From Planctomycetota bacterium (GTDB lineage: Bacteria > Planctomycetota > MHYJ01 > WSZJ01 > JACPWG01): 64,000 nt of DNA. The notes beneath the pieces are model-generated. The model had not been told where the DNA came from, ran no database searches, and saw only the letters and a list, made by a program, of their open reading frames with translations. Positions 19,501 to 29,627 of this stretch are shown in pieces (position 1 is the stretch's first letter; each line of letters begins with the position of its first letter). A program made the position numbers and the translations under genes. The stretch is from contig JACPWG010000100.1 of NCBI GenBank assembly GCA_016197205.1, positions 8,250-72,249 on the forward strand. Direction: 5' to 3'.

Positions 19501-19688
19501 GGTCCCACTCCAGAGAACGGATGGGCTCAAGGGTGGCGACGCTTTCCCGACGCGGGGCACGGCACCGCCGTGCCCCTACAGCCAACGCGGGGCTGGGCGC
19601 CGGGAAGCGAGCAGGGGCCAGGGGGCTGACGTGCGGGTACGGCAGCGCCGCGCCCCTGCCACGAGGAGAGCGGTGACGAGAGCGGCTT

Positions 19689-20880
19689 CTACTTGAACTG
19701 GAACGCGGCGCCGCTCGTGTCCCACCACTCTTTCCAGCGGCGATAGCCTTCCTCCCACTCTTCGGAGCGGGTGGACCAGAGCTTGTAGCCGAAGCTATAG
19801 CCGGTCGCGCTCCGGAGGCCGGAGTAGGCGATCGCCCGCTTGGTCTCCTCGGGGGACTTCAGGTAGCTGATGAGGACCGGGATGCCGTCCTTCGACTTGA
19901 GCAGGACCAGCGCCTCGGCGGTGTAGAACTTGAGGTCGCTGTTGTCGGTCCGCACGCAATCGCGGAGCGCGGGGACGGCCGAGTTGTCGCCGACGCGACC
20001 CAGCACGCGGACGCAGGCGACCTGGAGCTGCGGGTCGACTTCGCGCTTGAGGGCGTCGCTGATGAGGGGGAGGACGTCGCGCGGCTCGAGGGTCGCCAGG
20101 ACGTCGATCGCCGCCGACTGGTAGGTGAAGTCTCGCAGGTAGCCGACGAAGGTCGGCGCCACGAACCTGCTGTAGGGGCGCAACCCGGCGGCGACCGCCT
20201 TGCCGTCCTTGTCCGTCTGGAAGCGCTGCAGCAGTTGGGAGACCTTCTCCTGCGTCGCCGCGTCCGAGATCTGCGGCACCGCGGGTCCGGCGCTCTTGCC
20301 CGCGCCCACAGGAGGGACGGAGCCCCTGGCCGCGCCCGCGCCCGCGCCCGGACCGGCCGCGTCGCCGCCGCCCGTGAGGGCATTGTAGGCGGAGGAGGAC
20401 CCGCCCTTGGCCCCGGGTTCATGGCCGGTCCCGGCGCCGCCGGCGGCTCCCGCCGCGGCGCCGCTCGAGCCCGCGCCCCGCGCGGTCCCGGCCGCGCCCT
20501 TCGGGCTGCCGCCGCCGGCGCCCGCTCCGGCTCCTCGTGCGCCCGGCACGGGGCCCGGCTGCGCCGCGCCTGCGGACGGCCCGGCCTCGCCGTAGCTCCC
20601 CACCGGGTCCTGGCCGGCGGTGGGCACCGACCGCGGATACGTCGTGGGGACCGTCTCCCGGCCGCCCCCCTGCGCCAGCCGGTCGCTCAGCGCCGACACC
20701 TGACGGCGCACATCCTCGATGTCCCGACGGTTCTGCTTCACGCTCTCCTCGATGAGGTCCAGCCGATTGTCCGCCGTTGCCGGCGGCCTCGGCGCGGGTT
20801 CCTCCTTCTTGCCGCCGAACATCGAACAGCCGCACAAGAGGGCCATCCCGAGAAGCGCGATCATTCCCCTTGCGAACATG
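19689..20880 (-). CDS. HEAT-repeat lipoprotein with a Gly/Ala-rich low-complexity linker
   Basis: MFARGMIALLGMALLCGCS lipobox. C-terminal HEAT/PBS-lyase-like repeats (VACVRVLGRVGDNSAVPALRDCV...). Confidence 0.6.
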
Positions 20881-20949
20881 ACGACCTCCAACCACCGCTT
20901 GCAGGACAGGCGAATACCGGGTGCCGGCTGCCGGGTGCCCGGACGCGGG

Positions 20950-21205
20950 CCCCCCCGGATCACGTCGAAAATCCCAAATCCCAACTCGGGCGAAGGCCCG
21001 AAACCCAAACGGACGACGAAACCACCAAGCCACCAAGGCACGAAGACCACGAAGGACCGTCACTGAGGGGGGCGAGTTTGGCCCGGCCGAAATGCGCCTT
21101 TGTGGTCTTAGTGACTTCGAGTCTTTGTGGTTTCGTCGCCTGCGAATCTGGATACGCTTTCAAGAAGTTCACAGGTAAGTGTCGAAATCCCAAATCTCAA
21201 TTCCG
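20950..21205. repeat. composite intergenic repeat block: AAATCCC heptamers, then a 45-bp inverted repeat (GACGACGAAACCACCAAG...), then AAATCCC/AAATCTC heptamers
   Basis: The arms 20998-21045 and 21094-21138 are reverse complements. It shares CGACGAAACCACA with 30540-30560. Confidence 0.6.
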
Positions 21206-22261
21206 AAAGCGCACTTCCCGGTCGCCCGCCACCACCTTCCCGAGGACGTAGGCCCGCTCCCCCGCCTTCTCCAGCCGCCGGATCGCGACGTCCACGAAGT
21301 ACGGATCCAGGAGGAGGACCATCCCGATCCCGAGGTTGAAGACGCGGCGCATCTCGGCCTCCTCGATGCCGCCCTGCTCCTGGACCCAGCCGAAGATCGG
21401 GGGCACGGGCCAGCTACCCGTCCTGACGTCCACGGCGCAGCCGGCCGGGAGCACGCGCGGGACGTTTTCGACCATCCCACCGCCCGTGATGTGGGCCATC
21501 GCCTTCACGCACCGGCGCGCATTGTGCGCGCGCGTGGCGTCGCGCAGCGCGCGCGCGTAGATCCGCGTCGGCTTGAGCAGCTCCTCGCCGAGGGTACAGC
21601 CCAGCGCCGGGACCACGGCGTCGAGCTTCACCTTCGACCGCTCCACGACCTTGCGCACGAGCGAGTAGCCGTTCGAGTGGAGCCCCGACGAGCCGATCCC
21701 CACGACCACGTCCCCGGGGACCACGGTCTTTCCGTCCAACAGCCGGCCCTTCTCGACCACGCCCACCGCGAAGCCCGCGAGATCGTACTCGCCGTCCTTG
21801 TAGAAGCCCGGCATCTCCGCCGTCTCCCCGCCGAGGAGCGCGCACCCGGACTGCTCGCACCCGGCCACGATCCCCTTCACCACGTCGAGCAGGACCCCCT
21901 CCTGGGCCTTGCCCGTCGCGATGTAGTCGAGAAAAAAAAGCGGCTCGGCCCCCGTGACCAGCAGGTCGTTCACGTTCATCGCCACCAGGTCGATCCCGAC
22001 CGTGTCGTGCTTGCCCAGCTCGTGCGCGAGGCGCAGCTTCGTCCCGACGCCGTCCGCGCAGCCGACCAGGACCGGGCGGCGGTAGGTCTTCCGGAAGATC
22101 GGGCTCTCGCCGTTCAACGAGAAGAGGCCCGCGAAGCCCCACGGGTTGTCGATGACGCGCGGACCGTACGTGCGCTTCATCATGTGGAGGATCTTGTCGA
22201 CGACGCCGTCCTTGCGGGACTGGTCGACGCCGGAGTCCTGATAGGTCAGGCCCTTCGCCAT
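21197..22261 (-). CDS. purM: phosphoribosylformylglycinamidine cyclo-ligase (AIR synthetase)
   Basis: MAKGLTYQDSGVD...GVGTKL...DLVAMNVNDLLVTGAEPLFFLDY. Full-length. Confidence 0.93.
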   Translation of the reverse strand: MAKGLTYQDSGVDQSRKDGVVDKILHMMKRTYGPRVIDNPWGFAGLFSLNGESPIFRKTYRRPVLVGCADGVGTKLRLAHELGKHDTVGIDLVAMNVNDLLVTGAEPLFFLDYIATGKAQEGVLLDVVKGIVAGCEQSGCALLGGETAEMPGFYKDGEYDLAGFAVGVVEKGRLLDGKTVVPGDVVVGIGSSGLHSNGYSLVRKVVERSKVKLDAVVPALGCTLGEELLKPTRIYARALRDATRAHNARRCVKAMAHITGGGMVENVPRVLPAGCAVDVRTGSWPVPPIFGWVQEQGGIEEAEMRRVFNLGIGMVLLLDPYFVDVAIRRLEKAGERAYVLGKVVAGDREVRFRN

Positions 22262-22274
22262 TTCCGGTCAGCTC

Positions 22275-23690
22275 CTAGCCGCAAGACGGCGCGCCGCGTT
22301 CGAAGATTTCCTTCCGCATCCCGGCCTCGACCGGGACGGGGTAGCGCCCGGAATAGCAGGCGGCGCAAAAGCGGTCCGCGGGCTGGCCGGGCGCGGCGCG
22401 CAGCATCCCCTCCAGGCTCAGGTACCCGAGGGAATCGACGCCCAGGTAGTCCCGGATCTGCGGGACGCTCCGCTCGTTCGCGATGAGCTGGCGCGGGTCC
22501 GGGAAGTCGATCCCGTAGAAGCAAGGATGCCGGATCGGCGGGCAGCTCACGCGCAGGTGGACCTCGCGGGCGCCGACCTCGCGCAGGGCCTTCACGCGCG
22601 AGCGCGCGGTGGTCCCGCGGACGATCGAGTCGTCGACGACCACGACGCGCTTCCCCTCGACGACCTCGCGGACGATGTTCAGCTTGATCTCCACCTCCTG
22701 GTCGCGCGCGCCCTGAGTCGGCTGGATGAACGTCCGGCCCACGTAGTGGTTCCGGATGAAGCCCTGCTCGAACGGGATGCCGCTCGTCGACGCGTACCCG
22801 AGCGCGGCGGAGTTGCCGGAATCCGGGACCGCCATCACGAGGTCCGCCTTCGCCGGGTGCTCGCGCGCCAGCTCGGCCCCGAGCCGCATCCGCACGATGT
22901 GCACGGTGTCGCCGAAGACCCGGCTGTCGGGCCGCGCGAAGTAGACGTGCTCGAAGACGCAGAAGCTGGACCGCGCTTCGCCGGCCTCCGTGTACCGCTC
23001 CGAGCGGACGCCGTCCTTCGTCACGTGGAGGATCTCACCCGGCTCGATGTCGCGGACGTAGTTCGCCTTGATCAAGTCGAAGGCGCAGGTCTCCGAGGCG
23101 ACGACGTACGCGCCCCCGAGCCGGCCGAGGCAGAGCGGCCGGAAACCGTTCGGGTCGCGGACGGCGATGAGCTCGCGCGGCGTGAGCAGCAGGAGGGAGA
23201 AGGCCCCGCGCAGGCGGCGAAAGGTCCGCGCCAGGCCGTCCGGCTTCCCCGCGTGGTCCGGGTGGGCGAGGAGGTGGAGGACGATTTCCGAGTCCACGGT
23301 GGTCTGGAAGATGGACCCGTGGGCCTCCAGCTCGCGGCGCAACTCGCCGCTGTTCACGAGGTTGCCGTTGTGGGCGACGGCGATGGGCCCGCCGGCGCAA
23401 TCGGCGACGAGGGGCTGGGCGTTGAGCAGCGTGGAGGCGCCGGTCGTCGAATAGCGCACGTGCCCCATGGCGAGCGGGCCGGCGATGCGTTCGAGAGTGG
23501 CCGGAGAGAACACGTCCGCGACGAGCCCCATGCCCTTGTGGAGCCGGAGCCGCGTCCCCTCGGAGGAGACGATCCCCGCGCTCTCCTGCCCGCGGTGCTG
23601 GAGAGAGTAGAGGCCGTAGTAGGTCTTGAGGACCGCGGCGGCGTCCCCGACGATCCCGAAGAGGCCGCACGCCTCGCGCGCTTCCCTCAT
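22275..23690 (-). CDS. purF: amidophosphoribosyltransferase
   Basis: Propeptide MREAREA, then the CGLFGIVG Ntn nucleophile. PRTase motif VVVVDDSIVRGTT. C-terminal Cys cluster. Confidence 0.93.
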   Translation of the reverse strand: MREAREACGLFGIVGDAAAVLKTYYGLYSLQHRGQESAGIVSSEGTRLRLHKGMGLVADVFSPATLERIAGPLAMGHVRYSTTGASTLLNAQPLVADCAGGPIAVAHNGNLVNSGELRRELEAHGSIFQTTVDSEIVLHLLAHPDHAGKPDGLARTFRRLRGAFSLLLLTPRELIAVRDPNGFRPLCLGRLGGAYVVASETCAFDLIKANYVRDIEPGEILHVTKDGVRSERYTEAGEARSSFCVFEHVYFARPDSRVFGDTVHIVRMRLGAELAREHPAKADLVMAVPDSGNSAALGYASTSGIPFEQGFIRNHYVGRTFIQPTQGARDQEVEIKLNIVREVVEGKRVVVVDDSIVRGTTARSRVKALREVGAREVHLRVSCPPIRHPCFYGIDFPDPRQLIANERSVPQIRDYLGVDSLGYLSLEGMLRAAPGQPADRFCAACYSGRYPVPVEAGMRKEIFERGAPSCG

Positions 23691-24204
23691 CGCGCCTTCA
23701 TCTCCTCCAGGGCCGTCGAAATCTCCCAGCGCCACTTCTTCGTCTCGTCGAGGGCCAGCGAGCGCTTGTAGCAGCGGCGGGCCCGCCAGCGCTTTCCCTC
23801 CCCCTGGTAGACCATGCCGAGGTAGAAGTGCGCGGTCGGGTCGTCCCGGTCCAGCCGCAGGACGCGCTTCAGACGCCGGCGCGCGCCCTCGAGGTCGTTG
23901 CGGACGTAGGCGGCGAGCGCTTCGAGGAAGAGGTGTTTCTTGCGCGTGACGACGCCGGCGCGCTCGCGCCAGTACACGAGCCGCATGGCGTCGAGCATGG
24001 AGTAGAGCCACACGAGGGCGGCGGCCGCGAAGAGGCCCGGCCGCTCGACCGGGGGCGGCCCCCCTTGCCAGAGGACGGGGGCGACGACCCAGAAATTCAC
24101 GAGCACCGCGAACACGGTGAAGAGCACCAGGCCGCGGCGGCAGCGCCCGAGGAGGATGTGGCCGAGCCCCGGCAGTACCGAGAGGAGGACCGCGAAGACC
24201 TTCA
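23687..24204 (-). CDS. small membrane protein with TPR-like C-terminus
   Basis: MKVFAVLLSVLPGLGHILLGR. Its stop overlaps the purF start as ATGA. Confidence 0.5.
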
Positions 24205-24363
24205 TGGGCGCTGCGACCGAGGGGAGAGAAGGACGGGGGACGAACCGCGAAGTACGCCAAGTACGCGAAATTCGGAGAGAGGGAGAGTATAGGACGGCCG
24301 GGCGGAAATGCAACCGAATTCCGGGCCGCGGGGGCGGACCTCGCGGCTCAGGGCCCGTAAAGA

Positions 24364-24565
24364 AACAACAACCCGAACTGAGGCTAAACTCGACCGACGG
24401 CGGCAAATGGCTAGATCATGGCTCCGCGTCCCAGCTAGACACGGGCGAAATTTGAGATTTGAAATTTGACTTTTTGCAATTTGAAATTCGACCCGGCCGC
24501 GTGGGGCGAATGCGAGACTTTTGCACAGAGACGCGGAGACGCAGAGGCCGGGCGCCGAGTCCACC
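24364..24565 (+). repeat. Rpt200 interspersed repeat, copy 1 (about 200 bp; contains an internal AAATTTG/AGATTTG heptamer array)
   Basis: About 96% identical to 51025-51226. The 3' 85 bp are also present inverted at 40604-40688. Confidence 0.85.
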
Positions 24566-24659
24566 GTCCGCTACCGGCGATGATCTCTGGCAACGCACGG
24601 AGAGATCGGTCTTAGCTTCACTTCGGCTTGTTGTAAAGACACCCGTCAGGCACTCACGC

Positions 24660-24693
24660 CAGTCCGTGCAGGCCGGAAGGCCTGCACCCCAAG
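24660..24693. repeat. REP-like hairpin variant (TGCAGGCC-GGAA-GGCCTGCA)
   Basis: Same flanks (CAGTCCG..CACCCCAAGGG) as the other REP copies. Confidence 0.6.
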
Positions 24694-24782
24694 GGCCTCT
24701 CCCCAGCCCTTTCAAGGTGGTGTCGTCACGCTTCCGCCCGCCGCAAGCAGATGGTTCACTTGATCGTGCGGCTTGAGTCCGC

Positions 24783-24812
24783 TTTATGGTGCAGGGCTTC
24801 CGCCCTGCACCC
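24783..24812. repeat. REP-like hairpin (TGCAGGGC-TTCC-GCCCTGCA, inverted orientation)
   Basis: Core identical to the other copies. Confidence 0.7.
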
Positions 24813-24902
24813 GCACTCGCACGGAACCTCCGAAGCACTTCCCCCGTTCCCGTCGAGCCGCCCCCGCACCCAACGGCCTGCGTCATTTCCACCCGGGTTG
24901 TC

Positions 24903-24937
24903 CCGTCGGTGCAGGGCGGAAGCCCTGCACCACAAGG
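24903..24937. repeat. REP-like hairpin, full 34-bp unit identical to 4340-4374
   Basis: CCGTCGGTGCAGGGCGGAAGCCCTGCACCACAAGG. Confidence 0.8.
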
Positions 24938-25100
24938 TCTCGTGGCCGAAGGAGGAAAGCACTGGAAGCTCGCCCATTTCCGCGCACGGGCGGTTGAGGC
25001 TCCGTTTTGCGAAGATCAACTCGTTCGCCCACCTTGAAAGGGCTGGGGCCTTTTCCCTCCGACGAAGGTGCCGAGCCCGGGGTTGTTCCTGTACGGGCCC

Positions 25101-25448
25101 TCACCCGGGCCGGACCGAGAGGAACTGCACGACGAGGTGGTGCACCAGGTAGAAGGGGACGGCGAGGATGCCGGGGAACCAGAGGCAGGTCAGGAGGGTG
25201 AGCACCACCTTCTCGCAGCGGGAGAAGTGGGGGCTCTTCCACAGCCAGGGAAGGCCGAACTCGAAGGCGACCAGGAAGAGCAGGAGGTAGACGCCCTTCC
25301 GGTCCTGCCAGGCGGGTTCGCGGAGCTTGAAGGCGGCGCCGCAGCTCGGGCAACGGATGCTTCCGGTCGGAAGCTCGTGCTTGCAGGAGGGGCAGCGCCA
25401 GCGGGCGCCGGAGGGCGGGTCGAGGGGCCGGCTCGCGGTGTCAGACAC
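25101..25448 (-). CDS. zinc-ribbon (CPSC...CPSC) membrane protein, GTG start
   Basis: High GC3 frame VSDTASRPLDPPSGARWRCPSCKHELPTGSIRCPSCGAAF followed by two TM helices. Its GTG overlaps the stop of the upstream gene as GTGTCTGA. Confidence 0.55.
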   Translation of the reverse strand: MSDTASRPLDPPSGARWRCPSCKHELPTGSIRCPSCGAAFKLREPAWQDRKGVYLLLFLVAFEFGLPWLWKSPHFSRCEKVVLTLLTCLWFPGILAVPFYLVHHLVVQFLSVRPG

Positions 25449-26145
25449 GGCCGACGGCCGGACCCGGCGCCAGCACGGCCTCGTCCTTGACGAGGTGGTG
25501 CGTGCCCACCCGGGCAAACGAGAACTGTGAGAGCAACTCCGCGAGGCTCTCCATGCCCCCCTTGAGCGCCGAATCGCTGTGCGCGCTGCCGCCGAACACG
25601 ACGACCAGGATCCGCCGCGCGTGGGAGCCCACGGTCGTCCGCGCCGAATCGGCGAGCATGGAGCCGAAGGCGCCCGGCGTGTCGGAAAGCACGGGCACCC
25701 CCGCCGCGTCGAACTTGTCCCGGGCGGCCGTGTCGAACTTCTCGTTCTCGCGCCCCAGGCGCAGCTCCACGTCGCCGCGAATCCGGGCCAGGTCGTAGCA
25801 GGAGACCGGCAGCATCGTCTCGAGCGACACGAGATTGGCGGCATCCACCACGGAGTTCACTTGCAGGACCGGCAGGCTCTTGAGCGTCTTTCGCAACAGC
25901 AGTTCCGAGGAGGTCCGGTGCCGTTCCGGGTCGAGCCCGACCGCCTTCACGAACTTTTTCACCTTGAGCAGGTCGCCGTTTTCGAGCGGGTTCTTCGTCC
26001 GTGCCGTCTCCCGGACGGACCGGGAGAGGATCTGGAACCTTCCCCAGAGGATTTCCTGGCGGCGCAGCACGCGGACCTCTTCCGCGAGGAAGACGCCGAG
26101 TCGCGCCGACGAACGCAAGTCAGGGTGAATGTGGATCTTCATCAT
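25441..26145 (-). CDS. B3/4 domain-containing protein (PheT-B3/B4-like tRNA-binding fold)
   Basis: VDAANLVSLETMLPVSCYDLARI motif. Length about 234 aa. Confidence 0.7.
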   Translation of the reverse strand: MMKIHIHPDLRSSARLGVFLAEEVRVLRRQEILWGRFQILSRSVRETARTKNPLENGDLLKVKKFVKAVGLDPERHRTSSELLLRKTLKSLPVLQVNSVVDAANLVSLETMLPVSCYDLARIRGDVELRLGRENEKFDTAARDKFDAAGVPVLSDTPGAFGSMLADSARTTVGSHARRILVVVFGGSAHSDSALKGGMESLAELLSQFSFARVGTHHLVKDEAVLAPGPAVGRV

Positions 26146-26427
26146 GAGTCCCCGGCAGGATAGGGCACGTCAAGGCACAAGTCAGGCACAGCAAGCCAGT
26201 CGGCGCAGTCCGAAAGGCCGGCACCCCAGGGGCGACCTCGCTCCGGTGGAAGAGCCCGTCCTCAAGCCGTTCCTTGGCGGCCCCTTAGTACCGCCCCACG
26301 CAATTGGGTGACCAATTTTCTCGGCGATTTTGGCCGCCCGCGTCGTTGCGCTCGCTTGCCGTAGTTCTCCGTTACTACGCCTCGCTCGCGCGCCTAGCGG
26401 GCTGCCGAACTTGCCTTCGCCTATTGG

Positions 26428-27069
26428 TCACCGACTTCCGTGGAGCGGTACGTAGTCGCGAGGAGCCTGGACCACCCGCTCCCCCAACAAGCGGGTGTGT
26501 CCGATCACTCCGTTCAACGCATCGAGGATGTCCAGGAATACCGCGGCGGCCTCCGGCCGGCAATGACCGCTCAGGAGGCGATCCTCGTGGTCGAGCGCGA
26601 ACTTCTCGATCGACACCCGAAGCGTTCCGCCCGTGTCCTGGATGTATTTGGCCAGGACGGTATTCCTCGTGAGCAGGGTGTCCTTCGCGCAGCGCAGCAG
26701 ATACTGGGCGCTCTCGAAAAGGAACCCCAGTTCGTGGTTCGCCTGGTCGCTGAAGGGCACCCGGTCCCGCATCTTCGACTCGACGCAGTGGAGCGCCACG
26801 TCCAGCTCGCCGCCGATGCGGCCCAGATGGCCGACCGCGGCCACCAGTACCTTCAGGCTCGGTCGTGCCTCGGGGGTGGTCTTTGCCCGCTCCGCCAGCG
26901 CCCCGATCAGGTCCCGTTCGTCGTTCCGCACCACCGCCCCCATCTTCTCCGACATCTCCCCCAGCTCCACCTTCTCGTGCCGCAAGGCCTCGAAGGTGAG
27001 CTGAAGCATTTCCTCCGCGTGCTTCGCCATCAGACAAACGCGATTGTCGAGCTCGCGGAAGCCGTCCAT
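26428..27069 (-). CDS. PhoU-like / DUF47-family protein
   Basis: Two helical PhoU-like repeats (MDGFRELDNRVCLMAKHAEEML...). The ATG is at rc 27067-27069. Confidence 0.5.
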   Translation of the reverse strand: MDGFRELDNRVCLMAKHAEEMLQLTFEALRHEKVELGEMSEKMGAVVRNDERDLIGALAERAKTTPEARPSLKVLVAAVGHLGRIGGELDVALHCVESKMRDRVPFSDQANHELGFLFESAQYLLRCAKDTLLTRNTVLAKYIQDTGGTLRVSIEKFALDHEDRLLSGHCRPEAAAVFLDILDALNGVIGHTRLLGERVVQAPRDYVPLHGSR

Positions 27070-27101
27070 GCTCCGGGAATCCTCCCACCGCCGCGCCTGG
27101 C

Positions 27102-28325
27102 TCAGCGCTCGAGCGGACCGGGGACCATCCCCGCCGACTCGTCCGTCCGGGGCGGCGCTTCCGCCCGCCAGAGCCGCTCCGCCGGCACGTGCTCGTAGGG
27201 CCCGAGCGAAGCCAACGGCGAGGCGAAGGACACCCACAGGTCGCGCTGCACGGGCCGGAAGAGCATCGCCTGCAGATTGATGAGCCGCAGCCCGACGCTC
27301 CCGAGCACGGCCTTCGCCCCCTCCACGTCCAGCTTCCCATAGCGTCCGCGCAGCTCCCGCTCAAGGATCGGATACCGCCAGCAGGTCGTCTTCGCCAGCG
27401 ACTCCCCGATCCGGAAATGGTTCGTCGAGTAGATCGCGTCCTCCACGGGCCGGCGGACGTTGCACACCTCGGCCGAGAATTCGACGAGCGCCGCCGAGGG
27501 TCGCGCATCGCAGAGCATGAGGTTGTTGCCCACCGTCCGCCGCGCAACTTGCATCCGCGCGATCGCTTCGTCCGTCGTCCGCGCGTTTTCCAGGATCTCC
27601 CGGAAAAGCAGAGTGTAGGGCGTCCCCTTCGGCGTCTCCTTTTCCATGAAGACGTTCATCACGGCGAGCGACAGACCGTCCTCGTTCATGCCCGAGAGCA
27701 CGCCGGACAGCCCCGGCCAGCCGACCGACACGAAGGCCTTCTTCCCGGTCGGGTGGTACACGGTCACGAGTCCATGGTCGCCGGCAATGCCGAGCGAGGG
27801 GAAGTCGAGGTTGCGGCCGAAGAGGACGTCGCCGTCGCGCGTGGCCGGGCCGTAGGCCACGAACGTGCTGCAGAGAGGGGAGCGCTTCAGATCGAGGAAG
27901 CAATTGCCGAGCAGCATCTCTTCGAAGCGCATCCCCGCGCCTTCGGCGACGCCGCGGATTTCCTCGAGGCTGTCGGCGGGAAGGAAGGGGACCATCTCGA
28001 GGGCCTTCGCCTGGAGGGCCTTGCGTTCCGAGGCGAAAGGGACGAAGCGGCCGAGGTAATCATTGTAGAGGAGGCGGATCTCCGCGCCCAGCACGCGTCC
28101 GACCTCGCGTCCCATCTCGCGGGGCGCGCCCCACACGTGGAGGAGGCGGGTCTTTCCGATCGTCGAGAAGGTCGAGCGCGCGACGAATGCGCCCGGGGCC
28201 TGGGCCGCGGCGGCGGACTCCGGGGGCGCAGCGGGCGCGGGCGGTGCGGCTGTCAGTAGCCAGGCCGCGAGAAGGCCGGCCCCCAGGAACAGGGTGAAGT
28301 AAGAGCGGCACGCGGAACGGTTCAT
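27102..28325 (-). CDS. secreted peptidase C45-family Ntn hydrolase/acyltransferase-like protein
   Basis: Signal peptide MNRSACRSYFTLFLGAGLLAAWLLTAAPPAPA. Putative nucleophile at PLCSTFVAYGP...GRNLDFP. Confidence 0.6.
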   Translation of the reverse strand: MNRSACRSYFTLFLGAGLLAAWLLTAAPPAPAAPPESAAAAQAPGAFVARSTFSTIGKTRLLHVWGAPREMGREVGRVLGAEIRLLYNDYLGRFVPFASERKALQAKALEMVPFLPADSLEEIRGVAEGAGMRFEEMLLGNCFLDLKRSPLCSTFVAYGPATRDGDVLFGRNLDFPSLGIAGDHGLVTVYHPTGKKAFVSVGWPGLSGVLSGMNEDGLSLAVMNVFMEKETPKGTPYTLLFREILENARTTDEAIARMQVARRTVGNNLMLCDARPSAALVEFSAEVCNVRRPVEDAIYSTNHFRIGESLAKTTCWRYPILERELRGRYGKLDVEGAKAVLGSVGLRLINLQAMLFRPVQRDLWVSFASPLASLGPYEHVPAERLWRAEAPPRTDESAGMVPGPLER

Positions 28326-28599
28326 GAGCACTCGTGAAGGTGTCGGCCAGACGAGGTGTGAGCGAAGACGCTTCGCGTTTCGCTGCTGGAGACGGAGGGC
28401 ATTCTAGTGGAGCGCCGGGCGGATTCCAAGAGAAATCTTTGGTCCCGAAAGCCACGGACCGGCGAGGACGCCCGTCTCCTCTCGCCGAATTCTTTCCGTC
28501 CGGGAAAGGACTCGGCGCGAAGAGACCGCCCACTCCCCGGGTGACGGGGGAGGATTGGGGGAGGGAACCCCTGGGCGCGGCGCCCGCGTTCGATTTTGG

Positions 28600-28627
28600 T
28601 TGCGGCTCCGGCGCGTTGGGGTATACT
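28600..28627 (+). promoter_or_regulatory. putative sigma70-like promoter TTGCGG-N16-TATACT upstream of ribH-nusB-ftsY
   Basis: The hexamers lie about 86 nt upstream of the ribH ATG. A similar TTTGGTTGCGG motif sits upstream of the gene at 32814. Confidence 0.3.
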
Positions 28628-28713
28628 CCCACGTCTTTCCCACCTCCCGGCGCACGCGGCCCGTCCTTGCCCGGCGGCGCCGCAAGCACGCGCCGAACCT
28701 GGAGAGTCACACC

Positions 28714-29196
28714 ATGGGACGCGAATTCCAGGGAAACCTCATCGGCACCAAGCGGAGGTTCGCCCTCGTCGTCGCGCGGTTCAACGACTTCATCACGGGC
28801 CGCCTCCTCGAAGGAGCGCGCGACGGCCTGCGGCGGCGCGGCGTGGACGACGACGACGTGGACGTGATCTGGGTGCCGGGCTCTTTCGAGCTGCCCGTGA
28901 CCGCCCTCCGCGTCGCGCGCACCGGCCGCTATGACGCCCTCATCTGCCTCGGCGCGATCATCCGCGGCGACACGCCGCACTTCGACCTCGTCGCCGCGGA
29001 GGCGTCGAAGGGCATCGCCATGGTGTCGGTCGAGACCGGGGTCCCGACGATCTTCGGCGTCGTGACCGCGGACACGCTCGAGCAGGCGATCGAGCGGGCC
29101 GGGACGAAGCAGGGGAACAAGGGGGCGGCGGCCGCGGAGTCCGCCATCGAGATGGCCGACCTCTTTTCGAAGCTCCCCGGAAAGGGCTCGCGGTGA
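28714..29196 (+). CDS. ribH: 6,7-dimethyl-8-ribityllumazine synthase
   Basis: [20 protein letters not shown]...[11 protein letters not shown]...[21 protein letters not shown]. Confidence 0.9.
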   Translation: MGREFQGNLIGTKRRFALVVARFNDFITGRLLEGARDGLRRRGVDDDDVDVIWVPGSFELPVTALRVARTGRYDALICLGAIIRGDTPHFDLVAAEASKGIAMVSVETGVPTIFGVVTADTLEQAIERAGTKQGNKGAAAAESAIEMADLFSKLPGKGSR

Positions 29197-29627
29197 GGAA
29201 GAGGACCCAGGCCCGGGAGCTGGCCCTCCAGCTCCTCTACGAGTCGGACGTCCGCGGTTTCGAGCCGACCGGCGACCCGGCCGAGTACCTCACGGAACAG
29301 ACCTCCGACCAGGAGGTACGGGCCTTCGCGGGCGAGATCGTGCTCGGCGCGCTCGAACATCGGTCGACGCTGGACGGACAGATCCGCGAGGTGGCCGCGA
29401 ACTGGGACATCGCCCGGATGGCCGTCGTGGACCGGAACATCCTCCGGATGGCGGTCTTCGAGATGACCCTGCGCGAGGACACGCCCGCCCCCGTGATCAT
29501 CAACGAGGCGATCGAGCTGGCGAAAAAGTACGGAGCGAAGGAGTCCGGGGGGTTCGTGAACGGGATCCTGGACAAGATCCGGGAACGCTGGGAGCGCCGA
29601 TGTTCAAAGGAGTCCTTGAAAAGCTGA
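29193..29627 (+). CDS. nusB: transcription antitermination factor NusB (GTG start overlapping the ribH stop)
   Basis: [13 protein letters not shown]...[22 protein letters not shown]...[12 protein letters not shown]. Confidence 0.9.
   Translation: MRKRTQARELALQLLYESDVRGFEPTGDPAEYLTEQTSDQEVRAFAGEIVLGALEHRSTLDGQIREVAANWDIARMAVVDRNILRMAVFEMTLREDTPAPVIINEAIELAKKYGAKESGGFVNGILDKIRERWERRCSKESLKS

Noticed and set aside
24459-24776. ORFs beginning MKFDFLQFEIRPGRVGRMRDF (also 51119..52345 and the tail of 40513..41844)
   Set aside because: Generated by Rpt200 repeat copies. Not independent genes.
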